From positions 591-64,590 of the forward strand of contig JAUXXW010000201.1 in NCBI GenBank assembly GCA_030684775.1: DNA of 64,000 nt, given 5' to 3'. Origin of the DNA: Pseudomonadota bacterium. GTDB lineage: Bacteria; Pseudomonadota; Gammaproteobacteria; Burkholderiales; Thiobacillaceae. The translations under genes were made by a program, and so were the position numbers. The notes beneath the pieces are model-generated. The model was not told where the DNA came from, made no database searches, and was given only the letters and a program-made list of their open reading frames with translations. Below are positions 59,031-64,000 of the stretch, one piece after another (positions within the stretch are counted from its first letter, which is position 1; the number at the start of each line of letters is the position of its first letter).

Positions 59031-60452
59031 ATGGCTGTGAAGACCTATAACGCCGGCGTCAAGGATTATCGCCATACCTACTGGATGCCCGAATACACCC
59101 CGCTGGATACCGACGTCCTGGCGTGCTTCAAGATCACCCCCCAGGCTGGCGTTGATCGTGAAGAGGCCGCGGCAGCCGTGGCTGCCGAGTCTTCTACCGG
59201 CACCTGGACGACGGTCTGGACCGACTTGCTGACCGACATGGATTACTACAAGGGCCGTGCCTATCGCATCGAGGATGTGCCTGGTGACGACACCTGTTTC
59301 TACGCTTTCATCGCCTACCCGATCGACCTGTTCGAAGAAGGGTCCATGGTGAACGTGTTCACCTCGCTGGTAGGCAACGTGTTTGGCTTCAAGGCCGTGC
59401 GCGCGCTGCGTCTGGAAGATATCCGCTTCCCGATCGCCTACGTCAAGACCTGCGGCGGCCCGCCCCTGGGCATCCAGGTCGAGCGCGACATCATGAACAA
59501 ATATGGCCGTCCGATGCTGGGTTGCACCATCAAGCCCAAGCTGGGTCTGTCCGCCAAGAACTACGGCCGCGCCGTGTACGAATGCCTGCGTGGTGGCCTG
59601 GACTTCACCAAGGACGACGAGAACGTCAATAGCCAGCCCTTCATGCGCTGGCGTCAGCGTTTCGACTTCGTCCAGGAAGCCACCCTGAAAGCCGAAGCCG
59701 AAACCGGCGAGCGCAAGGGCCACTACCTGAACGTGACCGCCCCCACCCCGGAAGAGATGTACCGTCGCGCCGAGTACGCCAAGGAAATCGGCGCCCCCAT
59801 CATCATGCACGACTACATCACCGGCGGCTTCTGCGCCAACACGGGCCTGGCCAACTGGTGTCGCGAGAATGGCATGCTGCTGCACCTCCACCGCGCCATG
59901 CACGCCGTGATCGACCGCAACCCGCACCACGGCATCCACTTCCGCGTCCTGACCAAGATTGCGCGCCTGTCCGGTGGCGATCACCTGCACACCGGCACCG
60001 TGGTGGGCAAGCTGGAAGGCGACCGCGCCTCCACCCTGGGCTGGATCGATCTGCTGCGCGAATCCTTCGTGCCGGAAGATCGCTCACGCGGCATCTTCTT
60101 CGATCAGGACTGGGGTTCAATGCCCGGCACCTTCGCCGTCGCATCCGGCGGCATCCACGTCTGGCACATGCCGGCGCTGGTGTCCATCTTCGGTGACGAC
60201 TCCGTGCTGCAGTTTGGTGGCGGTACGCTCGGCCACCCCTGGGGCAACGCCGCCGGCGCCGCCGCCAACCGCGTCGCGCTGGAAGCTTGCGTGCAAGCGC
60301 GTAACGAAGGCCGTCAACTCGAGAAGGAAGGCAAGGAAATCCTCGCCGCCGCCGCCTCGCACTCGCCCGAACTGAAGATCGCCATGGAAACCTGGAAAGA
60401 GATCAAGTTCGAGTTCGACACCGTCGACAAGCTGGATATCGCGAACAAGTAA
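59031..60452 (+). CDS. cbbL: RuBisCO large subunit, form IA
   Basis: 473 aa. ...[19 protein letters not shown]... (active-site Lys), [12 protein letters not shown]. Confidence 0.97.
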   Translation: MAVKTYNAGVKDYRHTYWMPEYTPLDTDVLACFKITPQAGVDREEAAAAVAAESSTGTWTTVWTDLLTDMDYYKGRAYRIEDVPGDDTCFYAFIAYPIDLFEEGSMVNVFTSLVGNVFGFKAVRALRLEDIRFPIAYVKTCGGPPLGIQVERDIMNKYGRPMLGCTIKPKLGLSAKNYGRAVYECLRGGLDFTKDDENVNSQPFMRWRQRFDFVQEATLKAEAETGERKGHYLNVTAPTPEEMYRRAEYAKEIGAPIIMHDYITGGFCANTGLANWCRENGMLLHLHRAMHAVIDRNPHHGIHFRVLTKIARLSGGDHLHTGTVVGKLEGDRASTLGWIDLLRESFVPEDRSRGIFFDQDWGSMPGTFAVASGGIHVWHMPALVSIFGDDSVLQFGGGTLGHPWGNAAGAAANRVALEACVQARNEGRQLEKEGKEILAAAASHSPELKIAMETWKEIKFEFDTVDKLDIANK

Positions 60453-60556
60453 TCAGGATTCAGGTGGCTGGCACAGGGTCAACGGATACGCGCGGGATCG
60501 CCGTGTACTTCAAGCCCTCAGCCCCTGCCCCCCTAAATATTTGAAAGGAAATAGAC

Positions 60557-60883
60557 ATGGCTGTTCAAGCTTACAAAGCCTCCAAGAAATACGAAACCTT
60601 CTCGTATCTGCCCGCGATGACGGCGGATCAGGTGCATCGCCAGATCGCCTACTGCATCGCCCAGGGCTGGAACCCGGCGGTCGAGCACACCGAAAAGGGC
60701 ACCGCCGCCACCAGCAACTACTGGTACATGTGGAAATTGCCGTTGTTCGGCGAGCAGTCAATCGACTCCGTACTGGCGGAAATCGAAGCCTGCCACCGCG
60801 AATTCCCCGACCATCTGGTTCGCTTCCTGGCGTATGACAACTACGCGCAGAGCCAGGGCATGGCATTCGTGGTTTATCGCTGA
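60557..60883 (+). CDS. cbbS: RuBisCO small subunit
   Basis: 108 aa. [33 protein letters not shown]...[11 protein letters not shown]. Confidence 0.95.
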   Translation: MAVQAYKASKKYETFSYLPAMTADQVHRQIAYCIAQGWNPAVEHTEKGTAATSNYWYMWKLPLFGEQSIDSVLAEIEACHREFPDHLVRFLAYDNYAQSQGMAFVVYR

Positions 60884-60950
60884 TAGTTGAATCGACGTCG
60901 GGCGAAGTTGAGCCCGGCGTCGCCTTCTATAGCCATTCTGAACAGCGCTT

Positions 60951-60986
60951 GCTGAGGCTGCGAATCTGCAGGTTCGCAGCCTCAGC
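60951..60986 (+). promoter_or_regulatory. Strong 14-bp stem-loop between cbbS and csoS2 (candidate attenuator or mRNA-stability element)
   Basis: gctgaggctgcgaa-tctgcagg-ttcgcagcctcagc. No T-run follows, so it is not a canonical intrinsic terminator. Confidence 0.5.
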
Positions 60987-61013
60987 ACCCCCCCAAGAAG
61001 TCCGAGGTGAGTG

Positions 61014-63734
61014 ATGACACTAGCCACAGATAGTTCGGCCAGCGCGACCCTTTCAGGTCGCGAGTTGGCCTTGAAGCGACGGCAGGCCATGGCCTTGCAC
61101 GGCAAGGCAGGTGTAATGAAAACGGCGTTCACCAGAAAGTCGGCGGAACCACGTGTTGCAGCCTCTGCCTCCGCGCCGATCAGCCAGACCATTAGCCAAG
61201 CCGTATCCACCCGTACCGCGTCGACGGTCTCGCCTGCCGCTGTCGCGGCACTGGTTGCGAAAAACCAGGCGTCCACCGCCGGGAAAAATGCAAGCCGTGC
61301 GCGCCGCGAGGCATTGAGCCAATCCGGCAAGGCGGCGCTACAGCCGACCGCCACGCGTCCGAGTGGCCGTGTTCGTCCCACCCGCGACATCGTTGCCCAG
61401 CAGCAAGTCGCGCCAACGAATCAATCCTGCGGTTGCGGCTGCAACGGCGCGCCGGGCGGCTGCGGCGATCAGCCGGCGGCCACCACGCAATCCGGCGCCG
61501 GCCTGAGAGCCGCCGCCGAAATCACGACCCCGCTGCAAAACGCCATCAAGAAATCGGCGGAACTTCCCACGGGCCGCGCGCTTGCACGTGCACGCCGCGC
61601 CGCGCTGTCTCAGGATGGCAAGGCCGGTTTGAAACGCGTGGCGCAAGCGACCAGGATTGCCGCTTCCATGCCGCAACAAGACTGGCAAGCGGCCATCACC
61701 AAAGGCGCGACCGGTCGGCAGGTGGCGATGCAGCATCGTCTGGTGCAATCCCTAGCCGGACGTGCCGAAGCCAGCCACAAGGCCGACCGTCCCTCGGGCC
61801 GCATGCGCGCCCGCAATGTCGTGCCGGCCCCCGCCAAGGTTGAGGAAGGCCACACACTGTCCGGCCAGAGCGTCACCGGCACGATGGTCGATCGCATCAA
61901 GAAAGTGACCGGTAACGAACCCGGCACTTGCCGCTCGGTTACCGGAACCGAATACGTCGGCAGCGAGCAGTTCGATACGCTATGCGCCGCGCGTCCGAAA
62001 CCCGCGCCCGCCAAAGTCGGTGTCAGCACCACAGTGCGCGAGCACAAGGTGACAGGCACCGAAGTCGGCCGTGCGATCAATGTCACCGGCGATGAAGTGG
62101 GTGCGTGCAGCGGCATCACGGGTACCGAGTACCTCGCGGCCGAGCGCTTCGACGAATTCTGTGCCAGTCGGCCCGCGCCCGCGCCGGTCAAGGTCGGCGT
62201 CACCGATAGCGGCAAAGGCAAGTCGATCACCGGCACCCTGGTCAATCGTCCCGCCGGCGTGACCGGCGGCGAGCGGGGCGCCGACCGCCCGATCACCGGC
62301 ACGGGCTATCCCCTGCCCACGGCCGTGGCGTCTGCCCCCGAGAAAGTGGTGCTGACCCATACCAGTCATGGCATGTCGGTCACCGGAACGGCGGTGGGCC
62401 ACACCAGCAAGATCACCGGCGACGAGACCGGCGCTTGTCGCGGCATCACCGGCACCGAGTATCTATCGCAAGAGCAGTACAAGACGGTGTGCAACACCGA
62501 TGCGCCGAGCGCGCCGCGCAAGGTGAGCGTCATGTCCTCGCGCGCCAATCAGTCCGTATCGGGCAGCGAGGTCGGGCGTTCCGAGAAGGTGACCGGCGAT
62601 GAGCCTGGTTCCTGCCGCAGCATCAGCGGATCGCAGTACTTCACACCGTCGAACTTTGGCGCCCTGTGCGACAGCACCGGGCCGAAAAAAGTGGCCAGCA
62701 TGCAGACCCTCGCCGGTCGCACGCTGACGGGTACGGAGGTCGGCCGCTCCCCAAAAGTAACCGGTGACGAGATGGGCGGGTGCAAATCCGTCACCGGAAT
62801 AGATTATGTCGGCACCGCGCAGCAGCAAGCTGTTTGTGCCGTCAGCACCCCGGTTGCGCCTATTGCCAAAGTCGCGATCGATCAAACCTGGCGTGGCCAA
62901 CCCGTTACCGGCGCGTACGTCGGCCGTTCCACTCGCGTCACCGGCGCCGAGTCGGGTGGCTGCGCGCCGATCAGCGGCACGCCCTACATTGGCCGTGGGC
63001 AATACAACAGCTTCTGCGAATCGCCGGCATTGCTGGCGCAGGAAGCGCGTATCCGTAGCAGCGCGATCATTCCCAGCACAGCCGTCACGGGTGACCGTCC
63101 CGGCGCCGGGGGATCGGTCATGACGGGCGATCAACGAGGGGCTTGTGAAGTGGTTAGCGGTACACCTTATGTCGGTTCCGACAACGCGATGGCGCAATGC
63201 GTCACCAGCGGAAGATTCGTATCTCGCGCTACCGCCTGGGCGGAACCCGCGCGTCCCGCCGCGCCGATGGATTTCAGCATCAGCTCGCCGGCGCGGATTG
63301 CCAGCGAGCAACGCATGAATGCAGTCACCGGCGCGGCTTATAACAGTGAGCGCATTACCGGGCCGGTCAACAAGGCGAATGGCCTGATTACCGGTACGCC
63401 CGAGTTCCGTCACCGGGATACGGTGCAGGTCATGGCGACCCAGGAGGAAGTCATCACCGCCGCGCAACGTCTCACCGGCGAAGGCAGTCAGGATGGCCGA
63501 CGCGTGACTGGCGATGCCTGGAATGCGCTGAGCCGTGTAACCGGCACTGAAGGCGCGTCGAGTCTGTCGCGCAATCCGACGGAACGCGGCAATGCGCGTG
63601 GCATGGGCATGAACGCGCAGCGTTTCCGTGAAGTCGTCGAACACCCCGCCCCGGCGGAAAGCCGGATCACCGGGTCTTCGGGCAGCACCAGCAAGGGCGC
63701 GGCAGTGACCTTGTCCGGTGGCGCGCGCGGCTGA
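61014..63734 (+). CDS. csoS2: Alpha-carboxysome scaffold protein CsoS2
   Basis: GAGG lies 6 nt before ATG 61014. There are four basic N-terminal repeats (GRxLAxxRRxALSxxGKAG type) and seven ~50-aa middle repeats built from (V/I)(T/S)G triplets with conserved Cys. The C-terminal VTG-containing region ends GGARG. Sits immediately after cbbLS. Confidence 0.9.
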   Translation: MTLATDSSASATLSGRELALKRRQAMALHGKAGVMKTAFTRKSAEPRVAASASAPISQTISQAVSTRTASTVSPAAVAALVAKNQASTAGKNASRARREALSQSGKAALQPTATRPSGRVRPTRDIVAQQQVAPTNQSCGCGCNGAPGGCGDQPAATTQSGAGLRAAAEITTPLQNAIKKSAELPTGRALARARRAALSQDGKAGLKRVAQATRIAASMPQQDWQAAITKGATGRQVAMQHRLVQSLAGRAEASHKADRPSGRMRARNVVPAPAKVEEGHTLSGQSVTGTMVDRIKKVTGNEPGTCRSVTGTEYVGSEQFDTLCAARPKPAPAKVGVSTTVREHKVTGTEVGRAINVTGDEVGACSGITGTEYLAAERFDEFCASRPAPAPVKVGVTDSGKGKSITGTLVNRPAGVTGGERGADRPITGTGYPLPTAVASAPEKVVLTHTSHGMSVTGTAVGHTSKITGDETGACRGITGTEYLSQEQYKTVCNTDAPSAPRKVSVMSSRANQSVSGSEVGRSEKVTGDEPGSCRSISGSQYFTPSNFGALCDSTGPKKVASMQTLAGRTLTGTEVGRSPKVTGDEMGGCKSVTGIDYVGTAQQQAVCAVSTPVAPIAKVAIDQTWRGQPVTGAYVGRSTRVTGAESGGCAPISGTPYIGRGQYNSFCESPALLAQEARIRSSAIIPSTAVTGDRPGAGGSVMTGDQRGACEVVSGTPYVGSDNAMAQCVTSGRFVSRATAWAEPARPAAPMDFSISSPARIASEQRMNAVTGAAYNSERITGPVNKANGLITGTPEFRHRDTVQVMATQEEVITAAQRLTGEGSQDGRRVTGDAWNALSRVTGTEGASSLSRNPTERGNARGMGMNAQRFREVVEHPAPAESRITGSSGSTSKGAAVTLSGGARG
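62750..62797 (+). promoter_or_regulatory. Candidate -1 programmed ribosomal frameshift signal in csoS2
   Basis: C CCA AAA (62750-62756) lies in the zero frame (tcC CCA AAA gta). After a 4-nt spacer there is a 9-bp perfect stem ccggtgacg (62761-69) / cgtcaccgg (62789-97). The -1 frame stops after 3 codons (agt aac cgg tga, 62765-67). Confidence 0.5.
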
Positions 63735-63743
63735 GGATAGACC

Positions 63744-64000
63744 GTGAATACACGCAAACGACTCGCCGCCATGCTCAAGGCTGGCACGCTGCCCGCGAAG
63801 GAGCTCGCCAATCCGGCCTGCGTCGTCGCCCCGGGCCAGCGTTGCGAGCACGCGCTGGTCGACCCGCAACTGAATCGCAGTCTGTCCGTCTACGAGGACA
63901 AGGTACGCGGGCGTTTCGCGGCGATCGTCGATACGCTGAAGGCGCTGTCCGCCGAGCAGCACGAGCTCGATTTCGTCACGCGCGCCCAGCGTATGGCGCG
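63744..64000 (+). CDS. csoS3: Carboxysome shell carbonic anhydrase CsoSCA (CsoS3), N-terminal part; continues beyond the window
   Basis: GTG 63744 (GAGGA 5-6 nt upstream). Open to the window edge: MNTRKRLAAMLKAGTLPAKELANPACVVAPGQRCEHALVDPQLNRSLSVYEDKVRGRFAAIVDTL. The position after csoS2 and the C-x-H / RF pattern resemble Halothiobacillus CsoSCA as I remember it. Confidence 0.7.
   Translation, partial: MNTRKRLAAMLKAGTLPAKELANPACVVAPGQRCEHALVDPQLNRSLSVYEDKVRGRFAAIVDTLKALSAEQHELDFVTRAQRMA

Noticed and set aside
59028-59990. 320-aa minus-strand ORF, and 62463..63962 (499-aa minus ORF)
   Set aside because: They are antisense to cbbL and csoS2, which are certain or near-certain calls.
62685-62691. 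A6G run (ccg aaa aaa gtg) in csoS2 as the frameshift site
   Set aside because: Its register is AAA AAA G rather than X XXY YYZ, so P-site re-pairing would be poor. No adjacent stem was evident. The downstream C CCA AAA site with a stem and an immediate -1 stop is a much better candidate.

Overview
High-GC (roughly 63-65% by eye) chromosomal segment, most likely from a chemolithoautotrophic, Thiobacillus-like betaproteobacterium. That assignment is an inference from three things: the gene order ndk-rlmN-pilW-rodZ-ispG-hisS-yfgM-bamB-der-hfq-hflX-hflK-hflC-hisZ-purA, a form IA RuBisCO/alpha-carboxysome locus, and a PEP-CTERM protein.

Most of the window is core housekeeping on the minus strand:
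- a family-5 ABC solute-binding protein (runs off the left edge)
- the purA-to-ndk block
- tilS, accA, slyD, bcp, pssA-psd
- ilvIHC and two tRNA-Lys genes
- a thioredoxin-like protein plus a YeeE/YedE sulfur transporter
- queCE
- the full tol-pal cluster (ybgC-tolQRA-tolB-pal-cpoB)
- ruvCAB with an embedded UbiA/MenA-type prenyltransferase, and yebC

The right end carries cbbR, divergent from cbbL-cbbS-csoS2-csoSCA (csoSCA is cut by the window edge).

Accessory content:
- a DUF2442-mod-res type III restriction-modification islet
- a parDE-like toxin-antitoxin pair with a third overlapping small ORF
- an orphan ~404-aa gene between hfq and der
- a signal-peptide cytochrome c / truncated-hemoglobin fusion
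- a BTAD regulator with inverted domain order
- a secreted HExxH protein

The most unusual signal is the density and placement of small non-autonomous repeats:
- at least five GTAG-headed REP families
- three MITE-like elements with terminal inverted repeats, sitting exactly in operon junctions (ilvI/ilvH, tolA/tolB, accA/slyD)
- a 191-bp tandem duplication of a REP doublet plus the ruvB 3' end
- a family of palindromic elements that sit in frame inside coding sequences (the solute-binding protein, mod, rlmN twice, tilS and the HExxH protein) without breaking the ORFs

csoS2 also carries a canonical -1 frameshift heptamer plus stem-loop.

No rRNA, CRISPR array, integrase or transposase gene was seen. 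All product calls rest on motifs and synteny recalled from memory. No database search was possible.
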